Origin: an uncultured Chitinophagales bacterium
GTDB lineage: Bacteria > Bacteroidota > Ignavibacteria > UBA10030 > UBA6906
Direction: 5' to 3'
Assembly (NCBI GenBank): GCA_964359075.1
Contig: CAYHRX010000001.1
Coordinates: 1-27,467 of the forward strand
Length of the DNA stretch: 27,467 nucleotides
The stretch's first letter is position 1, and every line of letters begins with the position of its first letter. The notes under the pieces were generated by a model. It saw only the letters and a list, made by a program, of their open reading frames with translations, had not been told where the DNA came from and searched no databases. The position numbers and the translations under genes were made by a program. Positions 14,392 to 21,793 of the stretch are shown here, in pieces.

Positions 14392-17300
14392 TTACCGTTT
14401 CTTCCGGATCTCTTGAGCCGCGATTTCGGCGAGCTTTTTTGATGAGAAGTTACCAACGTAGACGCTGTACCGAGTTCCAAGTTGCCGCAACACCGTCTTT
14501 CTAACAAATGCGTGATATCCAAATGCTCGCTGCAGATTGGCGGCTTCACGGACTGCTTTTTCTTCCGTGACCCAGGAGGACACCAGGATTGAGAATCCAG
14601 TCTCCTTCGGTAGACGCACCACAATATGCGTCGTATCAAGAGTCTTTATCGGAGCCAGCTTAGTCGTCGGCCGTGGAGGCTTTGCCACCACTGGCGGCTG
14701 GGCCGGCTTCTTTCGCTCGACCGGCTTCGTTTCCTCGAGCAACTTGCCTTCCTGCAGTATCTGAATCCGTCGTCTTCGTGGAAGTATCTTCAGCTCAATG
14801 TGCTGTGTCCCGCCGGGAGCGACTTCAAGTTCGACTCCCTCCTTCTCAAAATAATGATTGGCAGGCAAGTTACCTTCGACCACTTGGAGGGACCACCGAC
14901 CCGGCCGCATTCCAGTAAAACTGAAACGGCCTCGATTGTCAGAAATACGACGGTGGGATTCAAGGGAATTCGCCAGCTCCAATATCACATTGGAATGACC
15001 TCCGAGTTCGGCATACGCTATGCGGGTAGTGTCTATCTGTACGGAGTCTATCAGACCGTAGAGCAAGACCGTCCCGGAGATCGTCGCACCGCGAATCACC
15101 CCAAGATCGACCCGAGCCTCTTCACCCCCTTTGATCGTTATCTCCCGCGGCATCGGCTGCGACGGGACACGATTGAGACCGATGCTCCCCATATCGATCT
15201 GGATATAGTACTTGTCAGGCTTCAAGGACGGGAAAAAGAATTCTCCGTTGCGATCCGTCACTGCCGTAGCGCCACTGGCATAAATCAGAACATTGGGCAA
15301 ACCCTTTCCAGCTTCAGCATCGACAACGCTGCCGCGAAGTCGTCCGGTCGTGGTGATGCGAGAGAGGGAAACGCCAATGGGAATACTATACTCGAGGAGG
15401 TACGCGACATCCTTCGAGCCGAACGAGGGAGTGAACTCGCTTTGCCGGCCCCTCAACGCGAGCCGGTGGCCGAAGGGGAATGTGTGTTCGAGCGCAACAT
15501 CAATCAAATAGTAGGTCTGCTTGATCGAGTCAGGCGTACGACTGCCATACGCGCTCAACGTGAACTGAGTTCGGGCACCGAGCATGAGCCAAGCGCTCAA
15601 GCTTCCAGAGAGGCGCTTCTGTATCTCATCGGTGAAAATATTTTGGTCTTTCGAGTATTCGACGGATAGACCAATGCTCGAGAAAGATGTGGGTCTGAAG
15701 TTTGTGAAGAGCGTGTACCGTTGAAAGGGATACTTCTTCCCAACGACCGTATCTTGAGTCCTGCCGAAATCGGCGTTGGCAATGAACCCGAGAGATGAGA
15801 AGTTGTGCCCCATACGAACCTGCACCAGCTCCTCGTCCCGTCTGTACTTCGGAATCGGCAAGAGATCATCTTGATGGTTCAGTCGATAGTAAATCGCCAG
15901 GAGATCGGAATATCCCGCTCCGAACTGAAAGTAGCGCTCGCGAGGGGCAAAAAAGAGAGTCGTATCTCGCTCAAGATTGCGCTCCTCATCGCGGAAGTAC
16001 GCCTCCAGCCTGATATTGCTCCACGGCATCACGCTAAGATTGAGCGTCTTGAATTCTAGGTCCTTGTAGTAGCCGGCGTACTTTGGCCCCGCCCAAACAT
16101 ACCGTGCCTCATAGGCAATCCATTGCTCGCGTCCGGTAACGCGCGCCGAGTATGCTTTGTCAGCCAGACCCCCTCTGTACCCCCGACCGTACTCAAGGTC
16201 GACTTCTGAGTTCTTGAGAGGCCGGAGGAGACTTCGGACCGTAACGATATCACTCTTTGTCTGATCGATCTTTCGCAGGTAGTTGAGACCAAGCTCGGAG
16301 CTCTGCCCCAACCGGTAGCTGAGAAACCCAGCCGCCTCCTTCTGCAGCGGCACGAGAAATCGGGTTTCGTTGTAGAAGCCTCCAATCGTCACGAGACCAA
16401 GCGCCGCCTTGCCTCCTGCCCCGAACGCGTATCGGTTGAATTCTGTCAATGGCGAGAGGTTGTAGTTCTTGTCACCTGCGTAGACTTCATACCCTTCGGT
16501 TTGGTAACTGATAAGGTATTCGTCACGCTGCCCCAGAATCGATCGCTGTTGAATGTCAGGAGTTCGAAGTAGAACGTCCAGCCGATCGCGTCGCCCTTCG
16601 CCAAGAGCACCGGATCCCATGATCTCGACCTGAGCACCTTTCGCCGTCCGCCCTCCCGCGGCACGCAAGCGAACCTGCAATGGAAATTCAAAGAACTGAT
16701 CTTCCACGCCGGTAACCTTCGGCACAACCTCGACTGAGCCTGAGGCTCGACCGGCGAAGAGGGAATCTTGGTCGCGCATCGCAAGGATCTCGAATACGTC
16801 CTGAACCTTCTGCAACAGCCGAGGTTCTGTCTGGACAACCGCCTTCAGCTGACGCGTTTCGTTGGGCCTCAGTTGGACTCTACTTGAATCCAACTGGACA
16901 GAAAAGTTGTTGCTGCTTCGCGGTGTGAGGCGAATCCTTCCTACTGCATTCCCCTTATTTGTGATGAGGAAGAGAGCAGTGTACGGGTCCCCTGCCAGAA
17001 CATATCTGGGCAGTTCCAGCAGCCTCAACTCAAGTTGTTGGACGGAGGTTACAACCACTGTGACGGAGGCTTGTGCTGTGGTCGTTGGAGCAGCCGCATC
17101 CTTGACGCTGTAGTGAATCTCGTAGCGAGCGGCAGGAGTTTCGGCAGGAATCGAAAAGCTGATGAGACGGATGTCGCTTGCTCCGGCGGAGAGCTCATAC
17201 GCAGTCTCTTTCTTGAACGCCCTCCAACCGGTCGGAAGAACAACGCTCGGCTCAAGCCGCACCGACGCCATCGAGTTGTTGGAGACCCTCATACTGACTG

Positions 17301-17484
17301 TCACAATCTTGCCAGGCGGCGTCTCGACACGCGGTTCGCTTGCCGGACGCACCTCGATGTTCTGTGCCTGAACACCATGAACAGCCACCGGCGCCAGCAC
17401 GGCAAGCATCAGAATAAAAAAAAATATCCGGTTGTGATGGACCGGATGTATCATCGCACGCAAATTCACTGTCGTCGAGGTCAA
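14392..17484 (-). CDS. Usher-like outer-membrane assembly protein: two N-terminal Ig/NEW3-like domains, central beta-barrel-like region, two carboxypeptidase-regulatory-like domains, Pro/Lys linker, C-terminal SPOR-like domain
   Basis: Signal peptide ending HGVQA/Q. PGKIVTVSMRVSN...LPTGW and AGDPYTALFLITNKGN are Ig-like segments, followed by a long run of amphipathic beta-strands. GRLRGSVVD...TDRNGEFFFPSLKPDKY and ATISGTV...SDNRGRFSFTGMRPGRW are CarboxypepD_reg-like repeats. The tail GFSILVSSW...RYSVYVGNFSSKKLAEIAAQEI is SPOR-like. TTG start overlaps the chaperone TGA stop (TTGA); alternative ATG starts at 17454 and 17409. Confidence 0.75.
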   Translation of the reverse strand: MTSTTVNLRAMIHPVHHNRIFFFILMLAVLAPVAVHGVQAQNIEVRPASEPRVETPPGKIVTVSMRVSNNSMASVRLEPSVVLPTGWRAFKKETAYELSAGASDIRLISFSIPAETPAARYEIHYSVKDAAAPTTTAQASVTVVVTSVQQLELRLLELPRYVLAGDPYTALFLITNKGNAVGRIRLTPRSSNNFSVQLDSSRVQLRPNETRQLKAVVQTEPRLLQKVQDVFEILAMRDQDSLFAGRASGSVEVVPKVTGVEDQFFEFPLQVRLRAAGGRTAKGAQVEIMGSGALGEGRRDRLDVLLRTPDIQQRSILGQRDEYLISYQTEGYEVYAGDKNYNLSPLTEFNRYAFGAGGKAALGLVTIGGFYNETRFLVPLQKEAAGFLSYRLGQSSELGLNYLRKIDQTKSDIVTVRSLLRPLKNSEVDLEYGRGYRGGLADKAYSARVTGREQWIAYEARYVWAGPKYAGYYKDLEFKTLNLSVMPWSNIRLEAYFRDEERNLERDTTLFFAPRERYFQFGAGYSDLLAIYYRLNHQDDLLPIPKYRRDEELVQVRMGHNFSSLGFIANADFGRTQDTVVGKKYPFQRYTLFTNFRPTSFSSIGLSVEYSKDQNIFTDEIQKRLSGSLSAWLMLGARTQFTLSAYGSRTPDSIKQTYYLIDVALEHTFPFGHRLALRGRQSEFTPSFGSKDVAYLLEYSIPIGVSLSRITTTGRLRGSVVDAEAGKGLPNVLIYASGATAVTDRNGEFFFPSLKPDKYYIQIDMGSIGLNRVPSQPMPREITIKGGEEARVDLGVIRGATISGTVLLYGLIDSVQIDTTRIAYAELGGHSNVILELANSLESHRRISDNRGRFSFTGMRPGRWSLQVVEGNLPANHYFEKEGVELEVAPGGTQHIELKILPRRRRIQILQEGKLLEETKPVERKKPAQPPVVAKPPRPTTKLAPIKTLDTTHIVVRLPKETGFSILVSSWVTEEKAVREAANLQRAFGYHAFVRKTVLRQLGTRYSVYVGNFSSKKLAEIAAQEIRKKR
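17416..17424 (-). repeat. T9 homopolymer in the 5' end of the usher-like gene
   Basis: Plus strand A9 (agaat-aaaaaaaaa-tatcc); coding strand ATA TTT TTT TTT ATT (IFFFI). Confidence 0.8.
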
Positions 17485-18299
17485 AACTTCAATGTGTACT
17501 CTGCTCCATAGACATCATCACCGCCAGCATCGACAACAACCAATGCTTTGTATGTGCCAGTTGAGACCTTGCTGAGGTCTATCATTTGTCGCACAGATGT
17601 GCCGGGATACATCCGATACCGGATCCCCGCGTACTTGCCTTGCGACACGCCTTTCTCATCAAACAACTCGACATAGACTTCCGGACGCATGCCAAGCTCG
17701 CCGCTGTTGCCAAGGTCGACCTGTAAGATCCTCTTTCCGTTTTCCTTCGTCACGAGCTTCGCGTCAAGAAACTCGACCTTCTTCGTACCCGTTTGCGCAA
17801 TATGCGTGGCGATCTGGATCCCATAGCGAATCGTCTGCCGAATCCCCATTTGCGTCTTCTTGGGGTCCCGCGGCTGTGTTGACTCTGCTGAACCCTTGGG
17901 AATGCCCTCAACCATCAACATGCTCCAGTACGAACCCACCAACGTATTCTCCTGCGTGGTTTCCGGCACAGCAACTGCATAATTGATGGTCACAGTTCCC
18001 TGCGGAGGGACCGTAAGATAGGACGGACTGAACGTCACCCATTTCGCGTTGGAGCGCACCAAGGTTCCGGGATCAGCATAGTTGTTTGTTCCATCGCGGT
18101 AAAACATATAGTCGGTTTGATATACCTTCGCTTCTTGCGGCTCATTGGTGTCGTTCCGAATAACGATGACGCCTTCATACCGTTCTCCGGGCCGAGTCTC
18201 TCGGTCATGGCTGAGCTCGCCAATAACGGACACTTGCGCGTACAGGGACAACGCTGCGAAAGAAATCATCGCGAAGGGGAGGAAGAATCGCGTGTGCAT
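17481..18299 (-). CDS. Periplasmic two-domain Ig-like (PapD/DUF916-like) pilus chaperone candidate
   Basis: Probable start MHTRFF at 18299 with signal peptide ending SLYA/Q. PGERYEGVIVIRN...WVTFSPSYLTVPPQGTVTINYAV...GSYWSMLMVE first domain and LQVDLGNSG...YPGTSVRQ...GTYKALVVVD second domain are typical of chaperone-like proteins beside usher genes. Confidence 0.75.
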   Translation of the reverse strand: MHTRFFLPFAMISFAALSLYAQVSVIGELSHDRETRPGERYEGVIVIRNDTNEPQEAKVYQTDYMFYRDGTNNYADPGTLVRSNAKWVTFSPSYLTVPPQGTVTINYAVAVPETTQENTLVGSYWSMLMVEGIPKGSAESTQPRDPKKTQMGIRQTIRYGIQIATHIAQTGTKKVEFLDAKLVTKENGKRILQVDLGNSGELGMRPEVYVELFDEKGVSQGKYAGIRYRMYPGTSVRQMIDLSKVSTGTYKALVVVDAGGDDVYGAEYTLKF

Positions 18300-18306
18300 G
18301 GGGAGC

Positions 18307-18807
18307 CTATAGTACAAGTAGGGTGTAGGTAACCGTATGAACGTCGTTCCCTTGCTCTGCGCTGTTGCCTTGAGCAAAAGTCGCCGACGCCGTGTATCGA
18401 AGTGTGATCGTCGTAACAGTGAATCCTGCGTTTGGAATGTTCGTGACGAAATCCGTGTCCAGCATCCCGTTCACGAGTGTGACCTCCGGGGCAGCGACCC
18501 CTCGCGTCACGCCGGTCCCCAATACTTTCAAGGTAAAGCTTTGACTAGGACAGGTCGTCCGTACGGTTATCTTGCTGATCGCTGCTTGCCTTCGGTATCG
18601 AAGCGTTGAAGCAGTATTGACTACCGGCAGCGGTTCTGAGCCTGGCGAACCAGTGGTGATATTCAGAGTCTGATTGCCGCCGCGGACATCAATCGGCTGC
18701 GCTTTCATCTCTGCTGCAGAACAAACGATCGCAAGCAGCAAGACACCGAGCGAGATTGCCATCCGTTCTGCTCGAGGACTTCCAGGATGTTTTGCCTTCT
18801 CAGCCAT
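18307..18807 (-). CDS. Secreted minor pilin-like subunit lacking the family's first N-terminal strand
   Basis: Probable start MAEKAKH (18807) or MAISLGV (18762); signal peptide ending EMKA/Q; KITV, PEVTL, LRYTASA and HTVTYTL motifs are shared with neighbours. Confidence 0.8.
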   Translation of the reverse strand: MAEKAKHPGSPRAERMAISLGVLLLAIVCSAAEMKAQPIDVRGGNQTLNITTGSPGSEPLPVVNTASTLRYRRQAAISKITVRTTCPSQSFTLKVLGTGVTRGVAAPEVTLVNGMLDTDFVTNIPNAGFTVTTITLRYTASATFAQGNSAEQGNDVHTVTYTLLVL

Positions 18808-18826
18808 GGCGGATTTCGGACCGCTA

Positions 18827-19336
18827 CTAATTTGTGACAGTGAATGTGATCGTATGGGAATCTGTTCCGGTGCCCTGGGATGCGAGCGCAGCACCTGTGT
18901 ACCGCAAGGTGCAACTCCCAGTTGATCGCCCAATGTTCAGCAAGAAATCGCTTGCCGTTGTGCTCAGCGTGACTTCAGGCATCGCCGTGCCCACCGTTGG
19001 ACTCAACGCCACGACCTTTAGAGTAAACTGCGGTGCAGCAAGATTGCTATTGACGGTAATCTTTCTGTTCGCACTGTTGACGCCCCACAAAAGGTTTGAT
19101 GTCTGGTCAACGACTGTCCCTAGTGCGTCCTGTCCAGCAACTGCGCCAGCACCGGTGATCGTAAGGCTAACACTTGGCGAACTTACTTGGACTGCCGTAA
19201 TCGTCGCCACAGTGACAGTCACGGTATGAAAATCCGAGCCATAGACCTGCGCCGTTGCTCTTCCAATGAAGCAGAAATGACAGAGAATCAGCGCAATCAA
19301 TGCGAACGGCTTTTTCAGTGAGCGTCCCGATTTCAC
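18827..19336 (-). CDS. Secreted minor pilin-like subunit
   Basis: Probable GTG start at 19336 (VKSGRSLKKPFALIALILCHFCFIGRATA/Q). HTVTVTV N-terminal strand, RKITV, PEVTLS, CTLRYTG, SHTITFTVTN. The ORF-track extension to 19534 overlaps the upstream gene. Confidence 0.8.
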   Translation of the reverse strand: MKSGRSLKKPFALIALILCHFCFIGRATAQVYGSDFHTVTVTVATITAVQVSSPSVSLTITGAGAVAGQDALGTVVDQTSNLLWGVNSANRKITVNSNLAAPQFTLKVVALSPTVGTAMPEVTLSTTASDFLLNIGRSTGSCTLRYTGAALASQGTGTDSHTITFTVTN

Positions 19337-19443
19337 AGTGCGCGTTTTTGGCAAAAGAACCCCGGTGGAGGCAACGGACAGGTGGAATATAGGTTCAATC
19401 GAATTGAGATTCAAGATGCACAACCGTATTGGTAACAGCGGCT

Positions 19444-19953
19444 CTAACTGCCTGTAATCGTATAGGTAATAATATACGTTTCGCTGCCGACGCCATCGCC
19501 GATCTTCGCCGATGCCGTAAACTTGACCTTGCATCTCCCTATGGTCTTCGAAACGCCGATTACCATGTCTTTGGTGGTATTATCGCTGAGAACAACCTCC
19601 GGACCAGCGACCCCGGCCGAGTTGGGGACATCGAGGGCAACGAGCTTTATGAGGAAACGGGGGGAAGGGTTGTTGCTTGCAACGGTAATTTTCTTATTCT
19701 CACCATTGGTTATCCACATCAACACTCCCTCTTCATTCACCGCCGGAATCGCCTTTCCATCTTCGAGCGATGCTTGGTCAATGATGAGCGTGACTGCGGT
19801 GTTGTTGATACCGATCTTGTTGATCTCGAGAACCTGGAGGGTGAGAACCTGATCCGTGCTGGCCTGTTGACCGATGAGCCGGGCTGAGAACAGGAAGCTC
19901 AGGAGCGTTGCCTTCCACCATCTTGCAGCCATATTTTTGATTCCAGCTTTCAT
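19444..19953 (-). CDS. Secreted minor pilin-like subunit
   Basis: Signal peptide; QVLTLQV N-terminal strand, KKITV, PEVVLS, CKVKFTASA, YIITYTITGS; aligns by eye with 18827..19336. Confidence 0.85.
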   Translation of the reverse strand: MKAGIKNMAARWWKATLLSFLFSARLIGQQASTDQVLTLQVLEINKIGINNTAVTLIIDQASLEDGKAIPAVNEEGVLMWITNGENKKITVASNNPSPRFLIKLVALDVPNSAGVAGPEVVLSDNTTKDMVIGVSKTIGRCKVKFTASAKIGDGVGSETYIITYTITGS

Positions 19954-19981
19954 TGGTCGTCGATCCTTCTGATGATCCAGG

Positions 19982-20017
19982 ATCCGCGGCCGGTCACTCC
20001 CGGAACCAGCCGCGGAT
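19982..20017 (-). other. Strong GC-rich stem-loop between the major subunit gene and the minor genes, with no U-tract
   Basis: Minus strand ATCCGCGGCTGGT-tccgggagtg-ACCGGCCGCGGAT: 13-bp stem including one G-U pair, 17 nt after the stop codon. Confidence 0.65.
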
Positions 20018-20034
20018 ACTTCCTCGCTTGGAAA

Positions 20035-20535
20035 CTAGTTTGTCAAGGTCAGGGTGACGGTCTTGCTTGTGGAACTGAGCGTGCCAGCCGACGCATTCGC
20101 TGAGAAGGTGTAAGTAATCGCCTGTCCCGCATCTGCTCCTCTGTTCATCCCCGTGACCACATCCACTGCACTGCCTGAAGTCGCATTCGAAATGTCAACG
20201 TTGCCTGCACTCGTACCCTTCGTGCTCGCAAGATTCAATAACAGCGTGTAGCCCGCTGACAACGCTGCATCCATATAGGCAGTGACCTTCACCGTGCTGG
20301 CAACATTCTGCGTGATGCTGTAGTTCGTTGAGTTATCACTGACCGATGACAGAGCATCCACTCCTGCCGTACCGGTCGTGACTGTCAACGCACCAGGGTT
20401 GCCAGATACCGCAAGCCTATAGACCGCATTCACAGCCAGTGTGACGGTCTGGTTTGCAGTTGCCTGAGCCATTGCGCTTTGCACAAGAACCATACTCAGA
20501 ACTGCAGCGACGAGTGTTACGACGATCTTTTTCAT
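20035..20535 (-). CDS. Major pilin-like subunit, copy A (166 aa)
   Basis: SD GGAG-tttaca-ATG; signal peptide MKKIVVTLVAAVLSMVLVQSAMA/Q; no Cys; Ala/Ser/Thr-rich beta-strand protein with N-terminal ANQTVTLAV and C-terminal KTVTLTLTN; has its own promoter. Confidence 0.88.
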   Translation of the reverse strand: MKKIVVTLVAAVLSMVLVQSAMAQATANQTVTLAVNAVYRLAVSGNPGALTVTTGTAGVDALSSVSDNSTNYSITQNVASTVKVTAYMDAALSAGYTLLLNLASTKGTSAGNVDISNATSGSAVDVVTGMNRGADAGQAITYTFSANASAGTLSSTSKTVTLTLTN

Positions 20536-20602
20536 TGTAAACTCCTTGTGTGTATTAAGTTCTTTGGGCATCCCATTCGGTCTCTTATCTGTTCCATAAT
20601 AG

Positions 20603-20618
20603 CTCAAACGCTGTGCCA
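20603..20618 (-). promoter_or_regulatory. Putative sigma54-type promoter for copy A and the downstream operon
   Basis: Minus strand TGGCAC-AGCGT-TTGAG. Confidence 0.7.
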
Positions 20619-20671
20619 GCGCCTCTGCTCGACTTTTCCTTTATTTTCCAACCCCGCGGCTCGGGTGCCTG

Positions 20672-20703
20672 TACCAAAATGATTACGCTGATTCAGAATG
20701 AGA
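20672..20703. promoter_or_regulatory. Putative paired enhancer sites
   Basis: TACCA-AAA-TGATT, 6-nt spacer, ATTCA-GAA-TGAGA. Further single matches at 20779-20791 (TCTCA-ATC-TGAAA) and 20818-20830. Confidence 0.45.
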
Positions 20704-20887
20704 AGGGGAACGCTAGTCTCTTTTTTGCAACAAGCTCGCAATCCCGTCTTGAATCCTGATGCATCAGCACGGCTTCCGTCTCAATCTGAAAGCGAGATCC
20801 ATCCTTGAACGCCAGTACCACAAAATGAGATTTCAGAAGGTAAGCAGCTTGGCTGGACGAAGGTATCTGATTGAACGCTTGGAGGGT

Positions 20888-20936
20888 AAAAAAAACACAA
20901 AGAGGGTCTCAACTTGCGTTGAGAACCCCCTCTGTG
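20888..20936 (-). terminator. Rho-independent terminator after copy B
   Basis: Minus strand cacagagggggttctcaac-GCAA-gttgagaccctctttgtg-tttttttt: bulged stem, GNRA tetraloop, T8 tail. Confidence 0.75.
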
Positions 20937-20970
20937 CTTATCGGAGGCGACGGGATGCTCCGCGATAAGA

Positions 20971-21471
20971 CTAGTTTGTCAAGGTCAGGGTGACGGTTTT
21001 GCTTGTGGAACTGAGCGTGCCAGCCGACGCATTCGCTGAGAAGGTGTAGCTAATCGCCTGTCCCGCATCTGCTCCTCTGTTCATCCCCGTGACCACATCC
21101 ACTGCACTGCCTGAAGTCGCATTCGAAATGTCAACGTTGCCTGCACTCGTACCCTTCGTGCTCGCAAGATTCAATAACAGCGTGTAGCCCGCTGACAACG
21201 CTGCATCCATATAGGCAGTGACCTTCACCGTGCTGGCAACATTCTGCGTGATGCTGTAGTTCGTTGAGTTATCACTGACCGATGACAGAGCATCCACTCC
21301 TGCCGTACCGGTCGTGACTGTCAACGCACCAGGGTTGCCAGATACCGCAAGCCTATAGACCGCATTCACAGCCAGTGTGACGGTCTGGTTTGCAGTTGCC
21401 TGAGCCATTGCGCTTTGCACAAGAACCATACTCAGAACTGCAGCGACGAGTGTTACGACGATCTTTTTCAT
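20971..21471 (-). CDS. Major pilin-like subunit, copy B (166 aa)
   Basis: SD GGAGG-ctaca-ATG; identical to copy A except ITYTF -> ISYTF. Confidence 0.88.
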   Translation of the reverse strand: MKKIVVTLVAAVLSMVLVQSAMAQATANQTVTLAVNAVYRLAVSGNPGALTVTTGTAGVDALSSVSDNSTNYSITQNVASTVKVTAYMDAALSAGYTLLLNLASTKGTSAGNVDISNATSGSAVDVVTGMNRGADAGQAISYTFSANASAGTLSSTSKTVTLTLTN

Positions 21472-21524
21472 TGTAGCCTCCGACGAGTATTTTGTTTGCT
21501 GTTTCATTGTTCTGGTGTAGCTAC

Positions 21525-21540
21525 CTCAATAGCTGTGCCA
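21525..21540 (-). promoter_or_regulatory. Putative sigma54-type promoter for copy B
   Basis: Minus strand TGGCAC-AGCTA-TTGAG. Confidence 0.7.
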
Positions 21541-21595
21541 GGCTCTCTTTCCTAAGAAACTCAAGAGAACGGTTCATCTGTCCCCGTTTGAGCTG

Positions 21596-21627
21596 TGTCA
21601 TTTTGAGTTTGTTGACTCAAATTGAGA
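21596..21627. promoter_or_regulatory. Putative paired enhancer sites
   Basis: TGTCA-TTT-TGAGT, 6-nt spacer, ACTCA-AAT-TGAGA; the whole 32-mer is nearly palindromic. Confidence 0.6.
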
Positions 21628-21686
21628 CCAGGCTCCAAGATGGCATTAAATCATTCAACACGCAAAAAAGCCCGGAGAATAGGTTC

Positions 21687-21718
21687 TTTGGATTTGAGTG
21701 ATACCTCTCAGTCTGAGA
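21687..21718. promoter_or_regulatory. Putative paired enhancer sites
   Basis: TTTGG-ATT-TGAGT, 6-nt spacer, perfect TCTCA-GTC-TGAGA. Confidence 0.55.
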
Positions 21719-21793
21719 CAGCCAGGATGCTGGCGCATTTGAACATGTGAGAAATAGTGCCCGTTCCGGCCCAAATAATTGGATTAGCCCATA

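Larger units (their letters stand above)
20034..21475 (-). repeat. Direct repeat of ~506 nt (20034-20539 and 20970-21475), offset 936 nt
   Basis: Manual comparison finds only 3 nucleotide differences, all near the 3' end of the genes; identity stops within a few nt of the start and stop codons. Confidence 0.95.

Noticed and set aside
14626-15669. 347-aa plus-strand ORF and other antisense ORFs over the usher-like and chaperone genes
   Set aside because: Fully antisense to coherent domain-bearing genes; no motifs.
20034-21475. Duplicated gene as a diversity-generating retroelement template/variable repeat pair
   Set aside because: Only three differences, not adenine-specific (G/A, C/G, T/C on the coding strand); no reverse transcriptase in the window; both copies are complete genes with promoters.
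18300-21507. ORF-track starts at 18377, 18933, 19534, 20607 and 21507
   Set aside because: The extensions overlap upstream genes or promoters and bury the signal peptides; downstream starts give proper signal peptides and, for the major subunits, SD sequences.
21641-21656. TGGCAT on the plus strand (also at 12787) as further sigma54 promoters
   Set aside because: No TTG(A/C) at -12 spacing; the 12787 site also points away from any credible gene.
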